A stretch of 64,000 nucleotides of DNA, from assembly GCF_009914755.1 (NCBI RefSeq), contig NC_060928.1; one strand, 5' to 3'. The notes beneath the pieces were generated by a model. It was not told where the DNA came from and searched no databases. It was given only the letters and a program-made list of their open reading frames with translations. Source of the DNA: the human T2T-CHM13v2.0 reference genome, Homo sapiens. Both the position numbers and the translations under genes were made by a program. Below are positions 15,399 through 31,735 of the stretch, piece by piece; the stretch's first letter is position 1; each line of letters begins with the position of its first letter.

Positions 15399-16925
15399 CC
15401 AGGCTGAGGCAGGGGTTGTGGGGTGGGGGTGTGATACTACCAGCTTTTTACCATGAGGGACCAGGCCACAAGCAATGCTTCTCATCACCCCCTGCCTTTC
15501 AGAGTGGGGTTGAGAAACTGGTGGAGGCTGAAGGCCTCTGCACCCTGGAGGCCAGGGGAGTCTGTGGACAATGAACACATTTGAACGGCAGCCTCTCAGC
15601 CCGTACATTTGTGCAGTGCTCCCTGGGACTGATTTCCCCCGCCGGCCCTTTATTAAAAGCATGACTGAGCTTCAGAAGCAGCCTGGCTGGCAGAGGAGAC
15701 TTGTGAAAGAGCAGTGGCACGGTGGATTGTGAGCTGTCAAAACAGGAAACAGATTTGCAATGGTGGTTTCAAGCTGGTTGACTCCGTGTGCGAGGGAACC
15801 AGCCCGTGACGTGAAGGTCTGTTTTGGCAGGTTGTGGGCAGCTGAGGCATTTCTATCACATGGGTTGGGGACTTCAAATGGTCCAGCAGCTGCCCCTTTT
15901 TGCCTCTCGGAGTGAATGGCTGGGTAGAACTGATTCTGCACAAAGACCAGCTCTGCTTCCTGAGAGAAAGAGCTCTGCCCTGTGCCCTGTGCAGAGTTTC
16001 AACACTCACCTGCTGTGTGATCTTGACACATTACTTAGTCTCTCTGTGCCTCAGCCTCCTCCTCTTTCAGATGGGGGCAAGAGTAGTGGAGAGTAAATGA
16101 AATGCGTAATTAAATGGTTCATCCTCTAATATTATGGATATTAAGTAATTTCAGAGCAATGCAAACAGAGGCACTCAGCACAGGTTGGTTAATGCTCTTG
16201 ACTATCCCTGACCCTGTACCTTCTGATGCAGGCCAATGAGAGGGAGTTTTGGCTACTTCAACTCTGCCTGGGGTCATCAACCCAAAGTTTTTGGACCTGA
16301 GCATTTATCCCTAAAATTAACATCAACTGCTCATTGAGCAGCTCCAGTTTACCTGGCATTGTTTTTGTCCCTTGTACATAGCATCTCATTTAATTGAAAC
16401 AACAAATCTGTGCACTAATCATACAATAAAACTAGCCAGTGAGCATTATTTGAACATTTGAGGTGGACTTTTAAGCACTTTGCATGTATTAACTCTATTA
16501 ATTAGGTTTTAGGTCTTATTTCCCCCATTTTGCTCATAGAGAAACTTGCAGCTTAGATAGCTGAACTGAACAGACCAGGTCTGGGCACTGCAGATCATGG
16601 GGAGACTTAATTTCCTCTGGATAAAACCTCTCTCTCTCTCTCTGTCTCTCTCTCTTTCTCATACACCCCCCCACACACATACACACACCGTCACACATGT
16701 GTGCAACTGTGCATGGAAATAGCATTATTGGAATGGTAGGGAAGGGGTTCCATGGGCTATCCAGGTGGCCTGCCTTGGCCTGTAAGCTCACCTCCCTGGA
16801 GCCCAGTGTAGGGTGGAAGTGGCTGGGGGCCGGGAGGATGAGCTAAAGAGGCCCATGAGCAGCAGAGGCAGGGGCTGTGCCATAGCAGGGCAGGCAGGAG
16901 GCTGGAGGACAGTTGAAAGAGATGG

Positions 16926-17288
16926 TGTATTAGTCCATCTTCACACTGCTGAAAAAGACATACCTGAGACTGGGTAATTTATAAAGAAAAAGAGGTTTAA
17001 TGGACTCACAGTTCCATGTGGCTGGAGAGGCCTCACAGTCATGGCCGAAGGCAAAAGGCATGTCTTACATGGTGGCAGGCAAGAGAAAATTGAGAGAACC
17101 AAGTGAAAAGGGCAACCGCTCATAAAATCATCAGATCTTGGGACTTATTCACTACCACAAGAACGGTGTGGGGGGAACCACCCCCATGATTCAATTATCT
17201 TTCACTGGGTCCCCCCCACAACACATGGGAATTATGAGAGCTACAATTCAAGATGAGATTTGGGTGGGGACACAGCCAAACCGTATCA
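16926..17288 (-). mobile_element. THE1B/C solo LTR
   Basis: 363 bp with TG...CA ends; perfect 5-bp TSD GATGG (16921-25, 17289-93). Confidence 0.92.
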
Positions 17289-17809
17289 GATGGGATGGGG
17301 GCTGGATGTCATGCTGGGTCCTGGCTTGCCAGTTTTTCTGGCATCAGGAGGATCTACAGGGGAGTCTAGATTTTCTGGCAAGCCAAAAAATATCCATGTT
17401 TCATTGGCTGCCTCTGCTCTGAATGCACTCATCCCTCCCACAGCCCCAAGCTCTCCCTAGTGAGTGAACTTTTATTCATTATTTCAGATCAGTTTGGGGG
17501 TTCCTCCTTGACTGCCCAAGAGAGTGGTTCCCTGGGCTCCCATGGCATTTGGAACTTTCTTCCACCAGAGCATCTGCTTGTAGCCTGAGTTCTGCTCTTG
17601 ACTGAAGGAACCCTCAGGGCCATCTGGGTTCTGCCCAGCTTAGCACAGGGGCATGGGACATAATGGGAGATGAATAAAAGTTGGTTGACTGATGAAAAAT
17701 AGGAAGCCTCAGGGAGGAGGATCCAAAAGGAGTTTTTAATTAAAAAGGGGGAAAGAGGAATGAATACAACAATCTCATTGTACAGATCAGAAGGCTGGGA
17801 CTTGGCCAG

Positions 17810-18221
17810 TGTTATGGGGCTGAACTGTGTCCTCCCAAATCCATATGTTGAAGTCCTAACCTCCAGTAGCTCAGAATGTGACAGTATTTGGAAATAGAGG
17901 CTTTAAATATGTAATTAAGTAAAACGGAGGGTTAGAGTGGCCCCTTATCCAATATGGCTGGTGTGCTCACAAAAAGGGGAAATTGGACACAGAGGCACAG
18001 ACAGACAGAAAACCGTGTGAAGACACAGGGAGAAGACGGCCATCTAGAAGCCAAGGAGAGGGGCCTGGAACTTATCCTCCCCTCACAGCCCTCGGGAAGA
18101 ACCAACACTGCCCACACCCTGATCTTGGACTTCTGGCCTCCAGAACTGTGAGAGAATACACTTCTGATGTTGAAGGCTTCAAGGCTGTGGTACTTTGTTC
18201 CACAGCCCTAGCTGATTCACA
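17810..18221 (+). mobile_element. MLT1B/C solo LTR inserted in a MIR
   Basis: tgttatggggctgaactgtgtcc...cttggacttctggcctccagaactgtgaga; MIR halves on both flanks. Confidence 0.85.
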
Positions 18222-18434
18222 CAGTGAGTTGAAGTGACTTGTTTATTGCCACAGGCCTCGTGGTGGCAGAGCAAAGATTTAAACCCAAGTCAGCTTACTC
18301 CAAGGCCCGTTTGTTGATCTCCCCACTCTGTGCATCTTTCTTAGGCGTTCTCCCATCTTCCTTTTGGGAGAAGAACCGTTCTTGTATTTACCCAGCCCCT
18401 ACTACTGGCACTCAAGTAAAACTCCATTTGGTCA

Positions 18435-18795
<361 letters not shown>

Positions 18796-19029
18796 TTCAA
18801 TAAACAAAACAAGTGCTTACTATTTCATCTTGATGAAATTTTTATTGTAAAGACCATCAACCTTTACATTGACCCTTTCTGTGCATCTTATCTCAGGAAT
18901 GAAAGCTTTACAACTGTTTGGAAACAAATGTGTCTGCGTTAAGTCCCTTCACATATAAACTAATGAACACACAATGAGGTGGACATCAGTGGTGCCTCCA
19001 GGCCTGGGGCCCAGCATCTGGACCAGGAT

Positions 19030-19280
19030 GGTTCAGAATGTGGACTAAGACATGGAGTGCCTGGGTTCAAACCCTGCCTTTGCTGTTGTAACTTGAGGCA
19101 AGGCATTCAATCTCTCTAGGTATTAATTCCCTCCTCTTAAACATGGGGGCAAAGTTAGTACCTACCTCAGACATTTCCTTTGTGTTTCCTGGGAGGATTG
19201 GCTGAGGTGGGTAGTGCAAGCCCGGTGCTTACAATAGTGCCTGTTCTGCACTAAGTACTCTAGTAGGTGGGTTATTGCTA
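19030..19280 (+). mobile_element. MIR
   Basis: gcctgggttcaaaccc...ttgaggcaaggcattcaatctctct. Confidence 0.6.
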
Positions 19281-20532
19281 TTGTTCTTGTCATCATTGAG
19301 ATCAGAGGTTCTTGAATGTCTCCACAGGTCAAAGGCGCTACAAGAAATATTAAAATAATTTAAAAATCAATTATGAGTCAATCACACAAACACACTTAAA
19401 AGGTTTGATTTTGAATTTTGCTTCCAAACATTGTTGATATAGGAATGCAGACATTTTGTGAGGCTGGCCGCTCTTCCTATTATTACTACAAACCCCTCCC
19501 TGGGCCTGGAGTTTTACTTGGCACCTTGCACATGTTGAAACTTCCTTCTCAACTGCATAATTCTGTGTTACGTAGTACTGAAGTCCATTTCCCAGGGCAG
19601 AAAAGACCAGGAGGCTTGCCTGATGCAGGACTTTGGGAAGAGGCAGATCCCAGATTCTAACCGAGTTCTATTTTACTCCAGAGCACTTTGGGGAGGATTA
19701 TTTCTATACGGTCAGTTTCTAGGAGTAAAAGATTTCTAATTCTCAGAGCCCATTTTCCAACCTCTATGTTCCCTCTCGGAATGCTAAGAACATTATAATT
19801 CCTCAAAAACCCAATGTCTGGATTGAATTAATGAGCAAAACAAAGCAACAAAGCAACGAGTTTAATTCATAGGCCCTGCCATGGGTTGGAATGTCGAGTT
19901 AGGCATCTTCATGCTTTTAATAACTCAGCCAAGTTGCGTTAGGTTCTGCACTCAGACTGAATGCCCTGGTCCTGCTCCTCTGTCTCTAGTTGGGTGCACC
20001 AGGGGAATTTGGATTCCACCTTGGAAGGCTGTTCTTAGCACTTGGTTTGCAGAAAGGAATCATGATTTTGCCTGTATCCAACAGTCATTGTGGAAGGGGG
20101 TGATGGGGTTCAGATGTTTCTGTTTTTTCGCAAGAGTTTTCCTCTGTCTCTGGTTGTCATTAGTTCCTGGTACTAAACATTCCATTTTCTAGGAACAGCT
20201 TGGGGATCTGACCATCTCCAGGAGCTGAGAGACAGAAAGAAATTGCAGATCCCTCGAGGATGCCTGCAGGGGGAGGGAGAAGAGAGATGTATGAATTCCC
20301 CAGCCTCAGAGCTCCCAGGAATTGCAATGTCTTTTTCGTGGGAGCAGTGTGAATAGTTAAATAAATACTGGCTGTAAAACCATTACGGAATCCAGGCAGT
20401 ACTTGTCAATAATGGCAATTGCTAGGAATTGGAGGTGATGGCATGGACTCAGAGATAATAGAGGAAGATGTAAAGAGCCATCGGTCTAAATGTAAGGAAC
20501 TGGATAATAATGATAAAACCAACAATAACTAG

Positions 20533-20643
20533 CAAGGCCAACTTGTCTCAGTGTTCCTGGAATTTCCCTGGCTATAAAACCAAAAGTCTTGTGTCCCAGA
20601 AAGCCCCTAGGCACTGGGCAAACCAGCACAGTTGGTGACCCTA
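20533..20643. mobile_element. MER81-like MITE (second copy)
   Basis: Ends gggcaaaccagcacagttggtgacccta; similar to 3184-3295. Confidence 0.6.
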
Positions 20644-20989
20644 ATAATAATGAGTGTCTTAGATAATATGAGTTCATTCAAATAGAGACAGATTTGCAAC
20701 ACCTTTTAAACAATGACTAAAATGCATCATCCTAAAATGTCTCAGGAAGAGGCATTTTGCAGTCCTTGGTTGATAGTTCCACTGCGAGCCCTGGAAAACC
20801 TCAGTCGCTCTCAGGCTCAGCACCTCAGAGCCAGCCTTCTCAGGACATTTAGCTCTGACCTATCCCCTGAGACCTCAGGACTCACCAGAAGCCCTGAAAT
20901 CTTCATCACAGCCCCTTGCAATCTGCAAAGTGATGCTATCACCCGTAATTCTACATCAGTCTCCCAGCAGCCCAGAAAGCAGAAATAGT

Positions 20990-21115
20990 GGGCATGGCTG
21001 GTCCCGTTTTTCAGATTAGCAAACTGATATTCAGAGAGGTTTAGCCACTTGTCCAAGGTCACATAGCCAGTTGGTGACCAAGCCAGGGTTTAAGGCCTAG
21101 TCTGGCTGACGCCAA
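20990..21115 (-). mobile_element. MIR
   Basis: cagagaggtttagccacttgtccaaggtcacatagccagt. Confidence 0.7.
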
Positions 21116-21715
21116 AGTCTGGGGGCTTTTCACTGTGATATCTACAATTTCCCTGAGTTATTTCCTTCATGTGAAAAACCAAGATCTCATGCATCCAACG
21201 GACCAAGGCCAAGATTACCTCCAGTCACAGGAGTCTAGGGAGCACCTGGATGAGCCAAACCCCCACACTCCTGCGCCAGGCCATGGGGACAATGACAAGT
21301 TTTCAGGAACCTCAGATCCTCCTGGGGCAGTCACACATGCTTAATGACACCGGTCAGCTGTGCATGGATGTAGCATTGGCTGCAGTGGAGGGAGAGTGGC
21401 TTTGGAGTGAGATCAAGTGTGGTTTAAACCCAGCTCCATCCCTTACTGACTGGGAGCCTTGGTTTCCCCATCTGTAAAATGGCATTATGGTAACCTTGCA
21501 AGGTGATGGTGAGAATTAAGTGGGAGGACATTTGTCCACACAGGAGACAGGAGAGCTACCATTCACTGAGCACTACCCTTGTGCCAAACATGGTTCTAAG
21601 CACTTTGATGGATGAAATAATTTAACTGCAGAGATGGGTTAGGCTGGTATGTGAGTTAGATGCAGGTCAGCAGAAATGGGACTGGAGCTGGGACAGGCAG
21701 GAGCAGCAGCTGCAT

Positions 21716-21846
21716 AGGGTTGCTAGATACAAGTTTTTAGTCTAAGTGTGCTCCATGCAATATTTGGGACATACATAGACCAAATAATTATATGAAATTC
21801 CAATTTAACTGGGCACCCTCTATTTTTATTTGCTAAGTCTGGCAGC
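21716..21846. mobile_element. MER53-like MITE fragment
   Basis: tagggttgctaga...ccatgcaatatttgggacatac...tttgctaagtctggcagc. Confidence 0.65.
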
Positions 21847-22264
21847 TTTATGTCTGGACAACCGTCTCCAATAAAACCAAAGCGTCTGTGGCTCACCTGC
21901 AGTGTTCCTTGGGCACTAGATAGTTGGAGGGGCATGCAGAGGGTCAGAAAGCCTTTTAAGCCTTAAACATACCAAGTCAGGGCATCCCTGCGAATAATTA
22001 ATTTTGCTTAGATCCCAGTTTCTCCAGCTTTCTATGCAGGCCAAGTGGATTTTTGCCAAACTCTTAAGTTTGTCTAACTTTCTTTTTTGGTGAAATCAAT
22101 CATTCATCTGAATCCCCATTTCTTTTGTTTCCTGATGCCAGTCAAAATGATTTGTGTAGCTCCCCATTTTTCCTGCTAGTTCTTGCTTATACCCCAGAAT
22201 TATTTTGAGTACGAATAAGGAAGGAAATATTCTCTCTCATTATCTTGTAAGAAATGTTTTAGGG

Positions 22265-22428
22265 TAGTGATTCTCAAAGTGTGGGCCTAGGACCGCTGGC
22301 ATCAACATCGCCCGGGAACTTGTTAGAAATGCAAATTCACTGGAAACTCTGGAGTAGAGCCCAGCAATCTGTGTTTCCACAAGCCCTCCAGGGCCTGCTG
22401 AGGCTCATTCAAGTTTGAGAACCTCTGG
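22265..22428. mobile_element. MER5A hAT-Charlie MITE
   Basis: gtgattctcaaagtgtgg...gaacttgttagaaatgcaaatt...agtttgagaacctctg. Confidence 0.85.
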
Positions 22429-24321
22429 TTTAAGGGGAACACCTTGCACTACGGAGCAGGAGAGTTTGGATACCAGTTCCTTTCCTCCCAAGCTGATTCA
22501 GCTTATGAAAATCACTCACTCTCCTACTCTGTTTCCTTCTATTGAGTGCAATGGTGGAACCAGGGCTCCTATTTCCTTGCAGATGAAGGAGACATGCAGG
22601 GGTTCCCTCAGCACTGTGTCTGGGAGGAGGAGCAGTCAGCTAGGTGGAGGCCCATGGTGCTTCTTGTCCAGACCTAGACACTGCCTGTTCCCTGACACCC
22701 AGCCTGCAGGTCCCCAGCCAAGAACAAAATGACGCGTGTTGCCAGTTGGCCTTGCAATGGGAGGCGGCCCAGCGCCAGCCCTTACTAATTGCTAATTTGC
22801 ACTGAAACAGCAAACAAAGCCCTTCATGTGAATGCCCTGATTATTTGGCCATTTCTCCCCCAGGGGACCATCCCCCGAATCTGGAGCCATTCACCCCAGG
22901 ATTCCAGGAGGCCACTTGGGCCAGGGGTTCTTCCCAGTCCCAAGAAAAGCCAGTTTCTCTCTGCAGCTAATTGGGATTGGGGAGGAGCTTGCTATTTTTC
23001 TGTTCTGTTTCTTTCCAATGTTTATGCTTCACCACAAATAAGAAAATATAATGATTTTTCCCCTGTGGGCAGAGCTTTGGAGACAAAGCAGAGAGGTAGG
23101 AAGAGCAAGATCCTCAGCTCATTCACATTCACGTTGTAACCTTGTGAATTTCCAAGCTTTTCAGCCTTGCAGAGATTCACTTCCATACCTGTTTCAGGAG
23201 TATCCATTCGTGCCACCCTGGCACCGAGACCTAGGTAGGAATGCCTCCAACTGCAATTCATGGTCCAAGGACCCCCAAATCTCCCCAAGGAGTCTGTTAA
23301 CCCTGGTTTTACTTTCTCATGGCTCAACTCCCACGTCCTCATTCTCTTTCATTCACCCCCATCACCCTGATGCACACAGAGCAATTCCTTCACCAAGTCA
23401 GCAAGAAAAGAGGAATCCGCAGGTTCCAAGCATTCTGCAATCTTGTAGCATAGACAGAAAACTGGCAGGGGTTGGAGAGGGTGGAAGAGTTGAGTTGGGT
23501 GGCATTTCCCACCCTCTGGCTACCCAGCCCCTGCACCCAACCCTGCCACATGCAGCTCCCCCAGGTCTCTGAAATGTTCAGAGCTGATCAGGCCATTTTT
23601 CCAGCAAGGCTGACTGTGTTTCTCAGAGGAACTTGGTTCCAAGAGCATGAACTTTTCTTCATCTTGTTACATGTCATCAGTGAGAGTGGACTAAGTCCCT
23701 TTCTTTTGAAAGCTTACATTTTAGTGGGAGGAGAAGAAAAAAAATGACACAAGTGAGTAATTATAGAATGTGTCAGGTGGCGATAAGAGCCAGTGAGTTT
23801 GGATTTGGACAGCCTCTCTTGTACTTTCTACTTTGCATGCCACTAGCATGAAAGCTCCAGGAGACAAGATTTTTTAAGAGTAGCTTTATTAAGCATAATG
23901 GAATATAATAAACTATACATAAAGCATACAATTTGCTAAGTCATGACAAATGTAGACACTTGTGAAGCCATCATCACCATGGAGATAGTAAACAGATCCG
24001 TTGCCCCAAGTTTCCTGTGCCTCCTTGTAAATCCCTCCTTTTGCTCCTCCCATCTCCTCCTCATTCCCTCTCATCCTCAGACAACCACTGATCTCTCCCT
24101 CACTGCAGATTGCTTTGCATATTCTAGAATTTTATATAAGTGGATTCATCTGGTGCATATTCATTTATGTCTGGCTTCTTTTTTTTAGCATTATTATTTT
24201 GATGTTCATCTCGGTTGATGCATTCATCATTAATCCATCTGTTTTTATTGCTAAGTATGTTCCATTTATGGGTATACCACTGTTTGTTTCTCCATTTACC
24301 TATTGATCGACATTTGGATTG

Positions 24322-24611
24322 TATTATTATTATTATTATTTTGAAACAGGGTCTCGCTCTGTCACTCAGGCTGGGGTGCAGTAGCACAATCACAGCTCAC
24401 TGCAACCTCTGCCTCCTGGGCTGAAGCCATCCTCGATCTCAGCCTCCTGAGTAGCTTGGACTACAGGCAAGCGCCACCACCGGCTAATTTTTGTAGATAC
24501 AGGGTTTTACTATGTTGAGGAAGCTGGTTTCAAGCTCCTGGGCTCAAGCAATCCTCCCACCTCAGCCTCACAAAGTGCTGGGATTATAGGCATGAGCCAC
24601 CACGACCAGCC
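24322..24611 (-). mobile_element. AluJ
   Basis: Antisense Alu with (TTA)n tail and J-type ctcctgggctcaagcaatcctccc. Confidence 0.9.
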
Positions 24612-25161
24612 TATTTTTTAAATTATTAAAAACAAAGCTGCTGTGAACATTTGTGCATAAATCTTTGCACAGATGCATATTTAATTTATTATGGTTAAAT
24701 ACCTAGGAGTGGAATGCCTGAATCATAGGGCAGATGTATGTCTAACTTTTTAAAAAATAGCTGTTTTCCAACATAATTGTGCCATTTTACATCTTCATCA
24801 GTACTGTATGAGGGCTCCAGTTGCTGCATATTCTTGTCAAAACTTGGTATTAATCAATTTTTAAAATTACAGACACTGTGATAGGCATGTAATAGTATTT
24901 CATTGTGATATAATTTGCATTTCATAATAACTAATCATGATGAGCATCTTTTCTTGTGTTTATACCATCCAAATACCATCTTGGGTAAACTGCCTGTTCA
25001 AATATTTTGCACATTTAAATAATTGGGTTGCTTTTCATAATATTGTAAACAGACTTTTATTTCAATTTCTGATTGTTAATTGCTGGTATTTAGAGATACA
25101 ATTGAGTTTTCTATATTGATCTTACATCTTGCAAACTCAAAATAAACTCACTTTACTCCAG

Positions 25162-25198
<37 letters not shown>

Positions 25199-25712
25199 GT
25201 ATATTGCATCAGGTTTGCTACATAAAGGATCATGACATTTGTGAATCAAAATAATTTTACTTCTTTTTTCCCCATTTGGGTATCTATCTTTTTTCTTGCC
25301 TTATTACAGTGGCTACAACCTCCAGTACAATGTTGAGGAGAAGAGATGAAACCAGAAATCCTTTTCTTGTTCTTGATCTTAGAAGGAAAACAGTGGATCA
25401 TTCACCATTAATTATAATATTAGGTATAATTTTGTTATATATGCTCATTATCAGATTGAAGAAGTTCTCATATGCTGACTTGCTGAGATTTTTTTTTACT
25501 ATTATACTTTAAGTTTTAGGGTACATGTGCACATTGTGCAGGTTAGTTACATATGTATACATGTGCCATGCTGGTGCGCTGCACCCACTAACTCGTCATC
25601 TAGCATTAGGTATATCTCCCAATGCTATCCCTCCCCCCTCCCCCCACCCCACAACAGTCCCCAGAGTGTGATATTCCCCTTCCTGTGTCCATGTGATCTC
25701 ACTGTTCAATTC

Positions 25713-29546
<3,834 letters not shown>

Positions 29547-29594
29547 TTATTTTGCTCATTAGTTGATGCAGTTTCTTCCTAGTCTCGATGGTCT

Positions 29595-30606
29595 TTACAT
29601 TTTGGCATGATTTTGCAGCGGCTGGTACCGGTTTTTCCTTTCCATGTTTAGCGCTTCCTTCAGGAGCTCTTTTAGGGCAGGCCTGGTGGTGACAAAATCT
29701 CTCAGCATTTGCTTGTCTGTAAAGTATTTTATTTGTCCTTCGCTTTTGAAGCTTAGTTTGGCTGGATATGAAATTCTGGGTTGAAAACTCTTTTCTTTAA
29801 GAATGTTGAATATTGGCCCCTGTTCTCTTCTGGCTTGTAGGGTTTCTGCCGAGAGATCTGCTGTTAGTCTGATGGGCTTCCCTTTGAGGGTAACCCGACC
29901 TTTCTCTCTGGCTGCCCTTAACATTTTTTCCTTCATTTCAACTTTGGTGAATCTGACAATTATGTGTCTTGGAGTTGCTCTTCTCGAGGAGTATCTTTGT
30001 GGCGTTCTCTGTATTTCCTGAATCTGAACGTTGGCCTGCTAGATTGGGGAAGTTCTCCTGGATAATATCCTGCAGAGTGTTTTCCAACTTGGTTCCATTC
30101 TCCCCATCACTTTCAGGTACACCAATCAGACGTTGATTTGGTCTTTTCACATAGTCCCATATTTCTTGGAGGCTTTGCTCATTTCTTTTTATTCTTTTTT
30201 CTCTAAACTTCCCTTCTCGCTTCATTTCATTCATTTCATCTTCCATCACTGATACCCTTTCTTCCAGTTGATCGCATCGGCTCCTGAGGCTTCTGCATTC
30301 TTCACGTAGTTCTCGAGCCTTGGTTTTCAGCTCCATCAGCTCCTTTAAGCACTTCTCTGTATTGGTTATTCTAGTTATACATTCTTCTAAATTTTTTTCA
30401 AAGTTTTCAACTTCTTTGCCTTTGGTTTGAATGTCCTCCCGTAGCTCAGAGTAATTTGATCGTCTGAAGCCTTCTTCTCTCAGCTCGTCAAAGTCATTCT
30501 CCATCCGGCTTTGTTCCGTTGCTGGTGAGGAACTGCATTCCTTTGGAGGAGGAGAGGCGCTCTCCTTTTTAGAGTTTCCAGTTTTTCTGTTCTGTTTTTT
30601 CCCCAT
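29595..30606 (-). pseudogene. L1 ORF1p, frameshifted by a 5-bp deletion near 30038
   Basis: Spans 1012 nt against the canonical 1017. Runs MGKKQNRK...ENFPNLA, then shifts frame; the C-terminal part ...YQPLQNHAKM is in another frame. Confidence 0.93.
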
Positions 30607-31518
30607 CTTTGTGGTTTTATGTACTTTTGGTCTTTGATGATGATGATGTACGGATGGGTTTTTGGTGTGGATGTCCTTTCTGTTTGTTAGTTTTCCTTCT
30701 AACAGACAGGACCCTCAGCTGCAGGTCTGTTGGAATACCCTGCCATGTGAGGTGTCAGTGTTCCCCTGCTGGGGGGTGCCTCCCAGTTAGGCTGCTCAGG
30801 GGTCAGGGGTCAGGAGTCAGGGACCCACTTGAGGAGGCAGTCTGCCCGTTCTCAGATCTCCAGCTGCATACTGGGAGAACCACTGCTCTCTTCAAAGCTG
30901 TCAGACAGGGACATTTAAGTCTGCAGAGGTTACTGCTGTCTTTTTGTTTGTCTGTGCCCTGCCCCCAGAGGTGGAGCCTACAGAGGCAGGCAGGCCTCCT
31001 TGAGCTGTGGTGGGCTCCGCCCAGTTCGAGCTTCCCAGCTGCTTTGTTTACCTAATCAAGCCTGGGCAATGGCGGGCGCCCCTCCCCCAGCCTCGCTGCC
31101 GCCTTGCAGTTTGATCTCAGACTGCTGTGCTAGCAATCAGCGAGACTCCGTGGGCATAGGACCCTCCAAGTCAGGTGCGGGATATAATCTCGTGGTGCTC
31201 CATTTTTTAAGCCCGTCGGAAAAGCGCAGTATTTGGGTGGGAGTGACCCGATTTTCCAGGTGCCGTCCATCACCCCTTTCTTTGACTCAGAAAGGGAACT
31301 CCCTGACCCCTTGCGCTTCCCAAGTGAGGCAATGCCTCGCCCTGCTTCGGCTTGCGCACGGTGCACGCACCCACTGACTTGCGCCCACTGTCTGGCACTC
31401 CCTAGAGAGATGAAGCCGGTACCTCAGATGGAAATGCAGAAATCACCCGTCTTCTGCGTCGCTCACGCTGGTTGCTGTAGACCGGAGCTGTTCCTATTCG
31501 GCCATCTTGGCTCCTCCC
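30607..31518 (-). promoter_or_regulatory. L1 5'UTR: internal sense promoter (YY1 site 31500-31509), antisense promoter, CpG-rich; lacks the 129-bp ZNF93-binding segment
   Basis: CAAGATGGCC intact; gggta|ttccaacagacc junction near 30735. Confidence 0.85.
31069..31377 (+). CDS. L1 antisense ORF0 (102-aa extended variant)
   Basis: MAGAPPPASLPPCSLISDCCASNQRDSV... matches the primate ORF0 N-terminus. Confidence 0.65.
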   Translation: MAGAPPPASLPPCSLISDCCASNQRDSVGIGPSKSGAGYNLVVLHFLSPSEKRSIWVGVTRFSRCRPSPLSLTQKGNSLTPCASQVRQCLALLRLAHGARTH

Positions 31519-31649
31519 GTGAGATTTTTAAAAACCAGAAATGAAGGTTGGATTATGTAAAATGTGTTTTCTGCATTAGTAATGATGATATGTGTTTTTT
31601 CTGATTTGTTCTGTTAATAATGTGAATTATATTGAGCAATTTTTAATGT

Positions 31650-31735
31650 TGTATTAGGCCATTTCTGCATTGCTATAGAATACCTGAGGCTGGGTAATTT
31701 ATAAAGAAAGAGGTGTAATTGGCTCACGTTCTGCA
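31650..31735 (-). mobile_element. Truncated MST/THE1 LTR end
   Basis: tgtattaggccatttctgcattgctatag...ctgggtaatttataaagaaagagg. Confidence 0.75.

Noticed and set aside
23051-23572. 173-aa ORF
   Set aside because: No homology recognised; composition typical of chance ORFs in GC-moderate DNA.
25166-25197. 32-nt poly-T about 290 bp past the L1PA2 3' end, considered as a 3'-transduction poly(A) tail
   Set aside because: The TSD abuts the L1 directly, and the intervening DNA is collinear with the old L1M on the other side. It is a local mononucleotide expansion that could cause oligo-dT mispriming.
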